Shown here piece after piece: positions 25,532 to 35,334 of a stretch of 64,000 bases of DNA; positions within the stretch are counted from its first letter, which is position 1, and each line of letters begins with the position of its first letter. Where the stretch lies: assembly GCA_963734525.1 (NCBI GenBank), contig CAVTHI010000008.1, forward strand, positions 20,714 to 84,713, given 5' to 3'. Origin of the DNA: an uncultured archaeon. GTDB taxonomy: Archaea; Micrarchaeota; Micrarchaeia; Anstonellales; Bilamarchaeaceae. Below the pieces are notes generated by a model, which was given only the letters and a program-made list of their open reading frames with translations, did not search any database and was not told where the DNA came from. Both the position numbers and the translations under genes were made by a program.

Positions 25532-25998
25532 AAACCGGGAAGGCGTACATGGAGAAGGCGATAGCGGTGGCGCTCGCGGGTGTCAGGAAGGGGAACTCGC
25601 CCTTCGGCTCCTGCATCGTCAAGGGCGGGAAGGTATTGGCCGCCGCCCACAACACGGTCCTGCAGGAGCATGACGCCACGAACCATGCCGAGATGAACGC
25701 AATCCGCCTGGCGTGCAGGAGGCTCGGTAATCATGAGCTGGAGGGCTGCGTCGTCTATTCGACCACCGAGCCCTGCCCGATGTGCTTTTCCGCCATCCAC
25801 TGGGCTAAGGCCGACGCGATTGTTTTTGGCACCGGCATCGCGGACGTGAAGAGGCTGGGATTTTCCGAGCTGACCGTCAGCGACCGCAGGATGAAGAAGG
25901 AGGGGCATTCAACACTCCGCATAACAGGCGGGTTCATGAAAAGGGAATGCCGGGAGCTCCTTGATTATTGGAAGAAAAGGAACGGAAAGACGTACTGA
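25528..25998 (+). CDS. CMP/dCMP-type zinc deaminase (TadA/guanine-deaminase-like)
   Basis: 156 aa with HAEMNAIR and EPCPMCFSAI (H-A-E ... P-C-x-x-C). Confidence 0.85.
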   Translation: MKTGKAYMEKAIAVALAGVRKGNSPFGSCIVKGGKVLAAAHNTVLQEHDATNHAEMNAIRLACRRLGNHELEGCVVYSTTEPCPMCFSAIHWAKADAIVFGTGIADVKRLGFSELTVSDRRMKKEGHSTLRITGGFMKRECRELLDYWKKRNGKTY

Positions 25999-26015
25999 TC
26001 GGCTATTCAGGCTGG

Positions 26016-26234
26016 CTATTCAAGCGCAGGTGCGCGTGGCGCCTCTGAAGACCTGCATTCAAGATTCCTTAGGGCTTCGGCCACCCGGGGGTTGTGCGCC
26101 TCGTGGAAATGGGTGAGCAGCTTGTGCGCGAGTCCGAGGCCGCCGACCTCTTCGAGGCCGTCGCGCCTGCGCAGGCGGTTGATTTCGCCGTGCAAATCCG
26201 GGATGCTTATCTTTGCTGGGAGTTTCGATTTCAT
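26016..26234 (-). CDS. small hypothetical protein
   Basis: 72-aa ORF. GC3 is strongly biased on this strand compared with the overlapping plus-strand ORF. Confidence 0.4.
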   Translation of the reverse strand: MKSKLPAKISIPDLHGEINRLRRRDGLEEVGGLGLAHKLLTHFHEAHNPRVAEALRNLECRSSEAPRAPALE

Positions 26235-26343
26235 TTTTCATCACCGTTGATGGGTGGATCTAAGCCAAAAAATAATTCTGGGAGCCCATGAACATAGTTG
26301 TTATTAGTGGATAATAATTATAAAGGAACCGGAATCAAGGCCG

Positions 26344-28104
26344 TCAGATATTGGTGACTATGGCAATCAGGAGCAGGAGCCCTCCGAGGAACACGAGGGG
26401 CAGGGTTATTTTCGCCACGGAGACGATGGAATTCACCGTGGATATGACCTCTATGGACTGCTTCGCGCCGAGGACGCGGATGTCGAACCAGCGCGTGTCC
26501 GAGAAATATTTCGCGGCCTTCATGTCCGCGACCGCATCGCGGACGCCGTCGCTTATGATGGACAGGGCGGTTTCCTCCTCCTTGAGGGGGTTCAGCACCC
26601 CGCGCACCATGTTGGTCTGGTGGGTGTCGGTCGTGAACACGCCCACGATGAAGTCCCTGCCGAGCTCTTTTCCGACCGACCGGACCTCGGCCTCTATCCT
26701 GGTTCGGAAAGCAGGGGTGACGCCGTTGGAGTCTATCAGGACGATACAGTATTCCGGCTCGGACGAGATGACCGCGACCTTGATCCCCGCCTTGCCTATG
26801 ACGTCCGAATCGACGGGCCGGAACGATGCGCCAATTTTCAGGGGCTTCCCTGCAGGCACTTTCGATAGCGCATCCCGGATGGCATGGATGTAGCTGAATC
26901 CCACGATGCTCCCGGGCTCGAAGCTCGTGATGTCGCCTGTTTCAGCGTTGTGCTGGTCGATTATCATCGCCTGGCCCACGTGCTTCTGCGCCTCGAAATA
27001 CATGGCGAGGCCGAGCCCGAAGTTGACGTCTTCGGTGACCTCCGGGGCCCTGCTCAGCCCGATTATCGCCGAGTCGTTGATCCGCAAGGACTCCGCGCGG
27101 CATTCGTCCTTCTTCCCCAGCGAGATGGACACCTTCGCGTCCTTGTATGCTGCGGATTTCACTGCGGAATCGAATTCGGCGAGCAGCTTCGATATCTCGC
27201 TTGTGGCGACCGGGTTGAGGTCGTGCGTCACTGTCCCGTGGAATACGAACGTCCGGGACTTGTACCTCCGGTCTATGTCCTCGGCTATGAGGTAGGAGAA
27301 CTCGCTCCCCCCGAGGTTGCCGAAAGGGCCGTAATGCACGCACGGCGTGACGAAGAAAATCGTGCCGTCCTTCCTCGAGAAGCCGCTGACGGAAATGAGC
27401 GTCCGGACGTCCTCGCCGACCTGCGCGAATACCTTCTCGACGTCCTTGTTGTGGTAAAGCCACTGGCTGAACAGGTAGGACATCGCGTCGGTGCTGCTGA
27501 GGCCGAAGTTCTTCTTCATCGGCGCGTTGATGATGAAGAAGAACAGGGTGAGCGCGGCGAGGAGGACGAAGGCCGAGATGTAGAAACGGACCGCCACGTC
27601 GAGGAACGGCTCGCTCGTGACATGGATTGCCTGGTTGCTGATGAAGAAGAGGAGGTAGAAGAGCATCTGGAGCATGGCGAACACGATCGAGCGGTATTTC
27701 AGTATGAAGACGAACCGCGCAATCACGTACCAGAGCACGAAGACGATGGCCGAGCCGACAAGCACGACGAGCTGGGCCCACAGCGGGTTGACCCCGGCGA
27801 GCAGGAGGTTGGACGAATATGCGAAGCAGTATACGACCTCGCCTGCGAGCGCCGTCGCGGCTATCCTCCGGTACGGCATCTTCCGCACCATGAGCTTGAT
27901 GAGCGCGGAGGACAGGAGCGCGGGCAGGGAAAGCAGCATCAGGCCGTCGACTATCGCGAGTTCTATCGGCTTTCCCGAACCCATGTTGAACAGCAGGCCG
28001 GATGCGACGCCAAGTAGGACGATGGAGAGCACGATGTACCGGGCTGGGGGGAGGGTAATGAAGTAAGAAGTGAGGTTTACCGCCTGGTTGATGTTCTTGC
28101 TCAT
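26344..28104 (-). CDS. archaeal membrane protein with large soluble C-terminal domain (DUF2070-like, from memory)
   Basis: 586 aa. The N-terminal roughly 200 aa are polytopic, then there is a soluble domain and a terminal TM (LPLVFLGGLLLLIAIVTNI). Confidence 0.6.
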   Translation of the reverse strand: MSKNINQAVNLTSYFITLPPARYIVLSIVLLGVASGLLFNMGSGKPIELAIVDGLMLLSLPALLSSALIKLMVRKMPYRRIAATALAGEVVYCFAYSSNLLLAGVNPLWAQLVVLVGSAIVFVLWYVIARFVFILKYRSIVFAMLQMLFYLLFFISNQAIHVTSEPFLDVAVRFYISAFVLLAALTLFFFIINAPMKKNFGLSSTDAMSYLFSQWLYHNKDVEKVFAQVGEDVRTLISVSGFSRKDGTIFFVTPCVHYGPFGNLGGSEFSYLIAEDIDRRYKSRTFVFHGTVTHDLNPVATSEISKLLAEFDSAVKSAAYKDAKVSISLGKKDECRAESLRINDSAIIGLSRAPEVTEDVNFGLGLAMYFEAQKHVGQAMIIDQHNAETGDITSFEPGSIVGFSYIHAIRDALSKVPAGKPLKIGASFRPVDSDVIGKAGIKVAVISSEPEYCIVLIDSNGVTPAFRTRIEAEVRSVGKELGRDFIVGVFTTDTHQTNMVRGVLNPLKEEETALSIISDGVRDAVADMKAAKYFSDTRWFDIRVLGAKQSIEVISTVNSIVSVAKITLPLVFLGGLLLLIAIVTNI

Positions 28105-28140
28105 CGTTTTTTAATATCATTCTCAATGGTTTAAAACGAT

Positions 28141-28764
28141 ATGTCAGCTCTCGTATGCCCGAAATGCGGAAGGACGGAGAACGAGGTCGAATTCATCGAC
28201 GCCTTCTGCAAGGACGACTACCCGGTGAAGATAAAGGCGCCGGACCGCGTCGAAATCGAGCAGTGCACCAGGTGCAAGAGGGTCCGCATCCAGGGCGAGT
28301 GGGCGCAGTACAACCCGAGGAAGCTGTCCGACTACGTGATAGGCAAATGCAAGGGGGAATTCGACTCGGCCGGATACGACCCGGACAAGCAGGTGGCCGT
28401 GTTCGTCATGAGGGGGAACAACGCGAAAGTCGAGCTTCCGCTTCCCCTCGACCTGAAGAAGACGATATGCCAGCAGTGCTCGCGCATGAGCGGCGGATAC
28501 TTCGAGGCGATAATCCAGCTCCGCGGCGACCCGATCAGGGTCCTCGGCCATGCCCAGATGATGCTGAAGAGGCTGTCGAAAAAGAAGACGTTCGTCACGA
28601 AAGAGGAGGAGAAGGACGGCGGCGTCGACCTCTATGTCGGCAATTCCAAGGTCGTAGTGGCGCTGATGGGCGAATTGGGGCTCAAGACGCTCATGACGAA
28701 AAAGCTCGTGGGGCGCGACCAGGGCAAGAGGCTTTACCGGACGACGTTCCTGGTCAGGCTCTGA
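28141..28764 (+). CDS. NMD3-family protein (short archaeal form)
   Basis: 207 aa with CPKCGR...FCKDDYP...CTRCKRVRIQGEW...CQQCSRMSGGYFEAIIQLRG, the NMD3 Cys-cluster/AxxQxR signature. Confidence 0.8.
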   Translation: MSALVCPKCGRTENEVEFIDAFCKDDYPVKIKAPDRVEIEQCTRCKRVRIQGEWAQYNPRKLSDYVIGKCKGEFDSAGYDPDKQVAVFVMRGNNAKVELPLPLDLKKTICQQCSRMSGGYFEAIIQLRGDPIRVLGHAQMMLKRLSKKKTFVTKEEEKDGGVDLYVGNSKVVVALMGELGLKTLMTKKLVGRDQGKRLYRTTFLVRL

Positions 28765-28829
28765 TGCGGACACCCGACCGGGAGGGCGCAACGCCACACA
28801 TCCCGCCCCAGTCGCTGCGGCAGCGCAGG

Positions 28830-29811
28830 TCATTTCTGCTTTTCATTAATCCCTTGCGGGACCCTCAGCGCTTCCGGGACGGCCGGAAGGTGGAGCAGGG
28901 TGCTCTTGAACCGGACTATCAGGGCGAATGTCGCGGCCTGAGCGCCCGCGATGCCAAAAAGCGAGAAGACGAGCGTGGTGCCGCTTTCGCTCAGGCCAAG
29001 GCCCGCTATCGTCGGGCTCGGCACGAATTCGAGCATGGTGACGAGGGGCTGGAGGAAGAAGTAGAATGCGACTTCCGGGAATTCCGGTTCCGAGCGTTAT
29101 GCCGACGCTTTTGGCGGCGAAATACCATGAGAGCGAGCGGAATACCCAGCTCACCATGATGAGGAAGAGAATGTGCGGGGTTTTCCTGACGACGACGTGC
29201 GAGCTGTCCTGCATCCTCACCACCACGTCGTAAAGCCGGGAGACGACGGGCAGGCCCCTCGCGAACGAGAAGAGCGCCAGGAAGCGCTTGGAGAAGAGGA
29301 TGAGGAGCATCAGGACCACTATCGCGGTTATCACGAACGCCCCGGCTATCAGCACGAGGCCCTGCCCCGGGCCTATGAAGACGAATATTATGTAGAGTAT
29401 GGCGACGCTCCCCGCGACGACCTTGAAAATGAAATCGAACATCTGCGGGCCGAATATGGAGAGCAGCGCCTTGTCCGAGGGGACGCCGTAGTTGTAGCGC
29501 AAGGCCGCCACTGTGGCGAAATAGCCCGTCCGCGAAGGCGTGAAATCCGCGAGCAGCATGCCGACGAAATGCGAGCGGAGTATGTCGGCGAAGCGGATTC
29601 CCGCCTTCATGTCGTCTAGGAGCAGCTTTATCCGGAAGGCCATCACGACGTCCATCCCGAAAAGGCAGAGTATGCTGAGGAACAGGAGGAAGAAATCCAT
29701 CCCGGCGAGCTGAACGAGCACCTCCTGCAGGCCGACCAGGTGGAGCAGGAATGCGACGAGGACTACGGAAACAGCAGCGTTGAGAAGGATGAATATCTGG
29801 TTCCGGTCCAT
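28830..29811 (-). CDS. flippase-like / UPF0104 (lysylphosphatidylglycerol-synthase TM region) membrane protein, frameshifted near 29077
   Basis: ORF 28846..29811 is convincing up to ...AKSVGITLGTGIP. The sense then continues in ORF 28830..29036 (..FYFFLQPLVTMLEFVPSPTIAGLGLSESGTTLVFSLFGI...). The frames meet at the ccggg run. Confidence 0.7.
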
Positions 29812-29815
29812 TTCC

Positions 29816-30632
29816 TCAGACCTCCCTGAACTTGAGCTGGAACGGCAAGTCCTTGGTGTCCGGGGCCAGGCTTGAGGACGGGGGGATGCTCCTGTTGACC
29901 TTGTTGATTACGGCGAGGGCGGAGTCTATCCGTTCCTGGCTGAGCGCATGCGGGAAGCAGTTGAGGAAGCACATCAGGTTCTCGGCGCAGAGGTAGAGAA
30001 GCGGCCGACAAGTTCCCGTGGAGCTCCCCGACGCTCGAATCCAGGGTGGTGCCCATGCCCATCGTGGGCGTGTTGTGGTTGATTCCGAATATGCTCGAGT
30101 GCGACTTCTGGCAGAACGCCCAGTACTGGCTGTAGAAGAGCCTCTCGTAATGCTCCTTGGAGTAAAGCGCCTTCAACATCTTCTGGAAGCTGTATTTCCT
30201 CCGCAGGTTCTCGAGCGCGCGCTCGCGGGTGTTGGACCATTTCCCGCTTTTGATGAGCATGAGCTTCTCGCCGTCCAGTGCGCTCATCTCCCGGTAATTC
30301 GCGTATATGCCGTCATCGGTGAGGTATGCATACTGCCAAATTATGGTCTCGAAGACGGTCCGCATGTTGTTCCCCGCTGGGTCCAGCAGGCCTCGCCGGA
30401 TGAGCTGGTAGGACGCCGAGAGGTAGATGCAGTTCCTGTAGAAGAACGCGAGGAGGTCCTGTCCCCGGGAATCCAGCTTCGCATCATGGGACAGCGAGCC
30501 GTAGAGCGAGAACGACGCGGAAACCGCCTCTTCGATTAGGGAGCATTCGGCAGGATATCGCCTGGCGCTTTCAGAATAGACCTTTTCGTTGAGTGCGGCA
30601 ATTGCGCCATGGTCCTGGTTCATTTCCGCCAT
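29816..30632 (-). CDS. hypothetical protein, frameshifted near 30012
   Basis: ORF 29763..30656 is coherent up to ...DSSVGELHGN. My own translation of a second frame then gives CRPLLYLCAENLMCFLNCFPHALSQERIDSALAVINKVNRSIPPSSSLAPDTKDLPFQLKFREV-TGA at 29816. The start is at 30656 or 30632. Confidence 0.5.
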
Positions 30633-30837
30633 ATTGCCTTCCCGTCCTTCCCGCATTCATTCTTTCCCTAGTGACCAGATACGCAGTCGCAATGATTATT
30701 TATAAGGTGCTCCAGGGGCAGGCGCTCCAGGGACGGACGCCCCGGTGCCAGGATGCGCCGCAGGCGCACCCCGTGCTCAATTCCTGCCGAGGGGCCGCCC
30801 TTTCCGAATCTGGCGGCTCGGCATTCGATAGCAACAG

Positions 30838-31086
30838 TCAGTCTATGATGACGTCCTTTCCCGTCAGTTTTTTGTAAATCGTCTCGCTCAGTGTCTTGTC
30901 GTCAACCTGGAATGCGAGGTATATGTCCGGCCTGTCATCCCGCAGCTTTGTGAAGAACGCGGACTTCTCGTCGCGGACGCGGACCGCCTCCTTCGCATCG
31001 CCCTTCTCGAGCCGGCCCTTCCAGGCCGCGACCTTCGCCTTTGCATCCAGAAACGCCTTGGATTTCACAAGTTCGCCTAATTTCAT
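30838..31086 (-). CDS. small soluble protein following the HExxH gene (possible cognate partner)
   Basis: ORF 30838..31113. The ATG at 31086 lies 4 nt after the stop of 31091... The sequence is MKLGELVKSKAFLDAKAKVAAWKGRLEKGD... Confidence 0.5.
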   Translation of the reverse strand: MKLGELVKSKAFLDAKAKVAAWKGRLEKGDAKEAVRVRDEKSAFFTKLRDDRPDIYLAFQVDDKTLSETIYKKLTGKDVIID

Positions 31087-31090
31087 CACA

Positions 31091-32237
31091 TCACCTGAAA
31101 CGTTCAACAGCAATCTGATTATAGCACTGCGCCATTATCGGATTCGATTCCCATGCATGGTAATCAATTCCCGCCGCGCCGACGCGCCCCATTATGTACG
31201 AAAATGCATCGGGAGCGGAACTTTGGGCCATAAGCGCATCGAACGTGCCGGCCCCCAGCTTCTCGTCCGTCAGCCTGCGGACTTCCGTGAAGTCGCCGCT
31301 GAAATAAGCCTGCCGGAGCGGCTCCTGCCCGACAACCTGCTCCAGCGCGAAGCAGACCGAGGTTTCGAATGTGTATGCGACCCCGTTCGGAGAATAGCCG
31401 TTCGCCCTGGCAAGCTCGTTTGCAAGGAGTTCGGTGGTGCCCTCGTGGATGTTCCACCCGCCCACCCTTGGCTGGATGATTGCCCTTCCGGAATCGTCGC
31501 GCCAGCGGACCGTCTGGCCGCCACCGAGATACGCCGCGTAGTGGAGCTGCTCGTGGGCAAAAAGCTTCAGGACATCCCCTTCCTCCCGATCCGCCTGGTA
31601 TGCGCCAACGATTATATGGTTGGTTCCAGGGTAATATGTCCCGGGGTGGAAACCGCCGGTAGTGCGCGCCATGGTCATGAGCCAGGAATCGTCTTCCCCG
31701 GTGATTACGGGCGGCGCGCCCGTGTAGCGCCGATAAACGGTTTCGCCAAGAAATTCGCTGGTGAACCATGTTCCGGATACTCGTGCTGCTGTACCCATCG
31801 ATTGTCGCCTGGGCCTGCGCCAGGTCCTCGTCGCTCAGCGCCTGTGGCGGTGGCACGAACGCTGTCGCGCTGCCCGGATTTTGCGCTGATGATGACGGCC
31901 CCCGGGCAAGCTCCAGGACGGCATTCGAATGCTCCCGCGCCTCTTCGGCATTCGCGAAGACCTGGCTCGGGCGTTCAATTCCCCTCGCAGCTTCGGTGAA
32001 TGCCTGCTCGGCCCGCTCGGGCCGATGGGCAAGGATAAGGCTGCGGATTGTATCCAAGTTGACAGCCAGCGAACGTGTCGAATCGACGGCCGCCCGGGTT
32101 GTTGATTCGAGCCGCTGCTCCTCCGTCTGCAGGCGAATTGGGACTGCCCCTTCCACCCTGCGCCGCTGGTCGGTGACCACGCTGCCGGTCGCATGCTCTG
32201 CATCCTCTACCCTCCGTTCAAGCTTGGTTCCGCTCAT
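31091..32237 (-). CDS. HExxH zincin-like protein with helical N-terminal region, copy 2, frameshifted near 31795
   Basis: The C-part is ORF 31091..31798 (PPVITGE, YPGTNHI, LFAHEQLHYAAYLGGG, NIHEGTTELLANE). The N-part lies in ORF 31164..32300 starting at the ATG at 32237 (MSGTKLERRVEDAEH...AQATID). The frames meet at the CCC run at 31794-31796. Paralog of 32670..33884. Confidence 0.6.
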
Positions 32238-32368
32238 CGTGCCCCCTCCATGTTTGCTATTCCCCTGAAGCATCCCGAAAGCACAGGATTGCTTTCCCAT
32301 GCGGTGAAATTGATTCCTGCCGGGGCCATCTTCCCCGTGATGAACTCAAGCGCCTTCTCACCGGCCAT

Positions 32369-32653
32369 TCAGTTTGCCCTCTGGGATTCGAGCGTGTCGC
32401 ATATCTCGGTGAACCGGGCCAGCCGCTCCACCGAGGATTGCAGGTCCTTTTTCCCCTTCAGCGACTCCTTCGCCCAGCCGGAGAGCAGCTTGTGGGAAAG
32501 TTGGAGGTATTCTATCCGCTTCTCGAGCTTTTTCGGCTTCCGCCTTGCAGCTTCCCATTCGGAAAGGGCGACCTCGATTTTCGAAATCGACTCGCTCACC
32601 TTCATCCGCGTCTCGCTTTCAAGCTCGAACGTCTTTTCCATCAAATCTTCCAT
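32369..32653 (-). CDS. small helical protein, copy 2
   Basis: ORF 32369..32698; the ATG at 32653 (MEDLMEKTFELESETRMKVSESISKIEVALSEWEAARRKPKKLE...) is preferred. Paralog of 33885..34175. Confidence 0.55.
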   Translation of the reverse strand: MEDLMEKTFELESETRMKVSESISKIEVALSEWEAARRKPKKLEKRIEYLQLSHKLLSGWAKESLKGKKDLQSSVERLARFTEICDTLESQRAN

Positions 32654-32669
32654 GGCATGCACCTTATAA

Positions 32670-33884
32670 TCAATTTCCCCTTGAGCCGTGTATCGCATTC
32701 GGGTCGCGCTCGGCCTCCCTTCGCGCCTCTTCCGCCTCGCGGTGCTCCTCCACCACGCCGGCGGCCCTCACGAGGGCATTCCGGTCCCATGACGCGAGCC
32801 TTGCGGACATCCCCCGCTCCCCGAGGCGCCCACGGAGGTAGAAGAATGCGCTCGCGCCGCTTCCGGCATCCGCGATGCCCTCGAAGGTCCCGGCCCCGAG
32901 CTGCCTGTCCACGAGCCTGCGGACCTCGCTCAGGTCGCCCGTCAGGTAGGCGTTGCGAAGGACATCGGCCCCGACAAGCTGCTGCAGGTAGAATGATACG
33001 GTGGTCTCCGCGGCGTATGACACCGTCGGTGGCACATGGCCGCGGTCCCGTGTCATCTGCTGGGCGTGGAGCTCGGTCATCCCCTCATGAAGCCATGAGA
33101 GGACCTCGCGGAACACGGGCTCCCCGTTCGGCCCCCTCCAGCGCAGGGAATACCCGCCACCTAACATCGCCGAGTAATGGAACATCTCGTGCGCGAGGAT
33201 GCACCTGCGCTCAGCTTCGCTCGGGTAGCGGTCCTCGTCGAATATGCCCTCGGCGTCAATCGCGATGTGGTTCGTACCGGGATACTGCAGGCCGACGGTG
33301 TGCCCGGCAAGGCCGTTGACTATGCTGACATGGCGGAAGAACTGGTGCGTCTCGCCCGTGATGACGGGCGGCGAATTCAGGAAGCGCGAGGCGACTGCCT
33401 GCCCGACCGCACCCGGCCCGAACCAGCCCCGCACTTCGGCGGCCATGCGCTCGAGTTCCCCGGCGCGCGGCGCGCGCGCCGCAGTCGCATCCGCGGGGCG
33501 CGAATCGGGATGCATCGCTTTCAGCAGCGCTCTCGATGCGACATCCTCTTCCCGCGAATGCACCCTCGCCGCCTCCGCGGACTGGAAGTACCTCTCCGGC
33601 CGCACATGGCCGCGGGACGCAGTACGGTAGCGGGCCTCGGCGGAGAGCGCCTCGGCGACCGGCCCGGCATGCGGGACGGAAAATGCGGGGTTTATCGTCC
33701 GGGCGTAGGATGCGAGGGCGGCAAGGGACTCGCGGGCCGCCGCGACGGAGGCCCGGGCCCTTTCGCCACCTGATGAAACGGGAGCCGGGGCGACATGCGC
33801 CCCGACGATGCGCGCCTGGCGCGACAGCGCCTGCGCCGCACCGGCGGCCTCGTCCATCCTTTTCTCAAGCTGAGGCTGCCCCAT
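32670..33884 (-). CDS. HExxH zincin-like protein with helical N-terminal region, copy 1
   Basis: 404 aa with PPVITGE, YPGTNHI, ILAHEMFHYSAMLGGG and WLHEGMTELHAQQ. The N-terminal roughly 170 aa are Ala/Arg-rich and helical. Confidence 0.65.
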   Translation of the reverse strand: MGQPQLEKRMDEAAGAAQALSRQARIVGAHVAPAPVSSGGERARASVAAARESLAALASYARTINPAFSVPHAGPVAEALSAEARYRTASRGHVRPERYFQSAEAARVHSREEDVASRALLKAMHPDSRPADATAARAPRAGELERMAAEVRGWFGPGAVGQAVASRFLNSPPVITGETHQFFRHVSIVNGLAGHTVGLQYPGTNHIAIDAEGIFDEDRYPSEAERRCILAHEMFHYSAMLGGGYSLRWRGPNGEPVFREVLSWLHEGMTELHAQQMTRDRGHVPPTVSYAAETTVSFYLQQLVGADVLRNAYLTGDLSEVRRLVDRQLGAGTFEGIADAGSGASAFFYLRGRLGERGMSARLASWDRNALVRAAGVVEEHREAEEARREAERDPNAIHGSRGN

Positions 33885-34175
33885 CTAGCTCATCCCCGCA
33901 TCATCTATCTTGCTGCAAATCTCATAGAAACGCCGGAGGCGCATTGTAGCCGACGCCTCGTCCTTCGGGCCTTTTTGCGAATCGCGCGCCCATGCGGACA
34001 GCAGGCCGTGGAAGCGCCGCAGGCTCCGGACCTGCCCCTTCAGGTCGGCGGGCTTGTCCTTCGACGAATCCCATTCCGATATCGCCGCCTCGATTTTCGA
34101 CAATGAATCGCTGACGATTTTCTGCGTCTCCTCCTCGAGCCGGAGCGGGCCCTTCTTTGCGCCGGGCATAAGCAT
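33885..34175 (-). CDS. small helical protein, copy 1, translationally coupled to orc1/cdc6
   Basis: This is the last 96 aa of shadow ORF 33885..35498: MLMPGAKKGPLRLEEETQKIVSDSLSKIEAAISEWDSSKDKPADLKGQVRSLRRFHGLLSAWARDSQKG... Its ATG overlaps the cdc6 TGA by 1 nt, and its stop abuts the ATG of the next gene. Confidence 0.55.
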   Translation of the reverse strand: MLMPGAKKGPLRLEEETQKIVSDSLSKIEAAISEWDSSKDKPADLKGQVRSLRRFHGLLSAWARDSQKGPKDEASATMRLRRFYEICSKIDDAGMS

Positions 34176-35233
34176 CACCTCAGCCTGAACACCTTCGGCC
34201 GGAGCATCCCTTCGGCCGGGATTTCGCGGGATTCCACTATCCCCTTCTTCTCGAGAAGCTCGAGGTAGTTCCTTATCTGCCTTTTCGTCTTGGGGATTTT
34301 CAACGCGAACTTCTCGTAAATGTCCGACGAGCCCAACTCGCCGCCCTTGAGGATTTCCATGAGGAGCAGCTCCTCGCTGCTCAGCTTCAGGTCCGGCAGC
34401 TTGAACGCCGGCTCCTGCATCAATGCGTCCTCCAGGTCCTGGAGCAGGATTTTCGTCCGCCCGGCCTTCTCGGCGTGCTTGGCCGCCTTCCAGAGGCGCT
34501 CGATGGCCACGCGGGCCGAGCCGTCCTCTACCGAGCGGGCGATTTTCAGCAGCAGCCTCTCGTCGAATCCGCCGGGAACGATGGCGCGCTCGGCGCGCAC
34601 GCGCAGGATGGAGAGCAGCTGCTCCTCGCCGTAGCGGGCGAATTCCATCTCGGAAAAACGCAATGAGCTGCGTATGCGCGAATCCAGCCTGGAAAGGAGG
34701 GCCTTGTTGTTCGTCAGGCCGATTATCCCGAACGTGAGCCGCTGCTCGTTCGAGCGGGCGGCGACGTAAAGCAGCTTGTCGTGGCGCAGGCCGTCCATCT
34801 CGTCGAGGACGAGGAGTATAGGCTTCTTGTAGTTCTTGACGAACTGCATTATGCGGTCGAATATCTCGTCCGCGGCGAGCCCCCGCCGCGGAAGCGGGAG
34901 GCGCATCTCCTCCACGATGCGGTTGTACACCGCCATCTGCGTCGGGTTCTCCCAGCAGTTCACGTAAACGGGAAGCACGGCCGACGAATGCTCGGCCAGC
35001 TGCTTGAGGATGTATTTTACGCAGGTTGTCTTCCCCGTCCCGGACACGCCGTGAATGAAGAGGTTGTTCGGCGTCCTGCGCGCGAGCAGGGGCTTTATGG
35101 AATCCGCGATTGCGGAGAGCTCCCTCTCGCGGTGAAGGAGCGCGTCGGGCAGGTAGTCCGGGAGCAGGACCTCTTCCGAGGCTATCAGCGAGGAACCGCG
35201 GTCCGCCCCGTCGAAATAGTTCGGCATGCACAT
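34175..35233 (-). CDS. cdc6: Orc1/Cdc6 replication initiator
   Basis: 352 aa with LPDALLHRERELSAI, Walker A IHGVSGTGKTT, Walker B LLVLDEMD, and a C-terminal winged helix (YEKFALKIPKTKRQIRNYLELLEKKGIVESRE). Confidence 0.95.
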   Translation of the reverse strand: MCMPNYFDGADRGSSLIASEEVLLPDYLPDALLHRERELSAIADSIKPLLARRTPNNLFIHGVSGTGKTTCVKYILKQLAEHSSAVLPVYVNCWENPTQMAVYNRIVEEMRLPLPRRGLAADEIFDRIMQFVKNYKKPILLVLDEMDGLRHDKLLYVAARSNEQRLTFGIIGLTNNKALLSRLDSRIRSSLRFSEMEFARYGEEQLLSILRVRAERAIVPGGFDERLLLKIARSVEDGSARVAIERLWKAAKHAEKAGRTKILLQDLEDALMQEPAFKLPDLKLSSEELLLMEILKGGELGSSDIYEKFALKIPKTKRQIRNYLELLEKKGIVESREIPAEGMLRPKVFRLR

Positions 35234-35334
35234 CCATTTGGCGGGGAAGGTTTAAATGCACCGCGGAATGCCGGATTTTCCGCGGAAATTTCTTCGCAAT
35301 AACCCATAAAACGCTTCCCGTCCCATGTAGCTTC
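35234..35334. promoter_or_regulatory. divergent promoter region (cdc6 / ATP-cone gene)
   Basis: tttaaa at 35251-35256 lies about 20 nt upstream of the cdc6 ATG. cataaaa at 35305-35311 lies 27 nt upstream of the ATG at 35335. The 10-bp palindrome TTCCGCGGAA sits between them. Confidence 0.4.

Noticed and set aside
35234-35334. Replication origin in the intergenic region next to orc1/cdc6
   Set aside because: The region is only about 100 bp. It has no repeated ORB-like boxes and no AT-rich unwinding element. Two TATA-like boxes at leaderless spacing and one 10-bp palindrome explain it as a divergent promoter.
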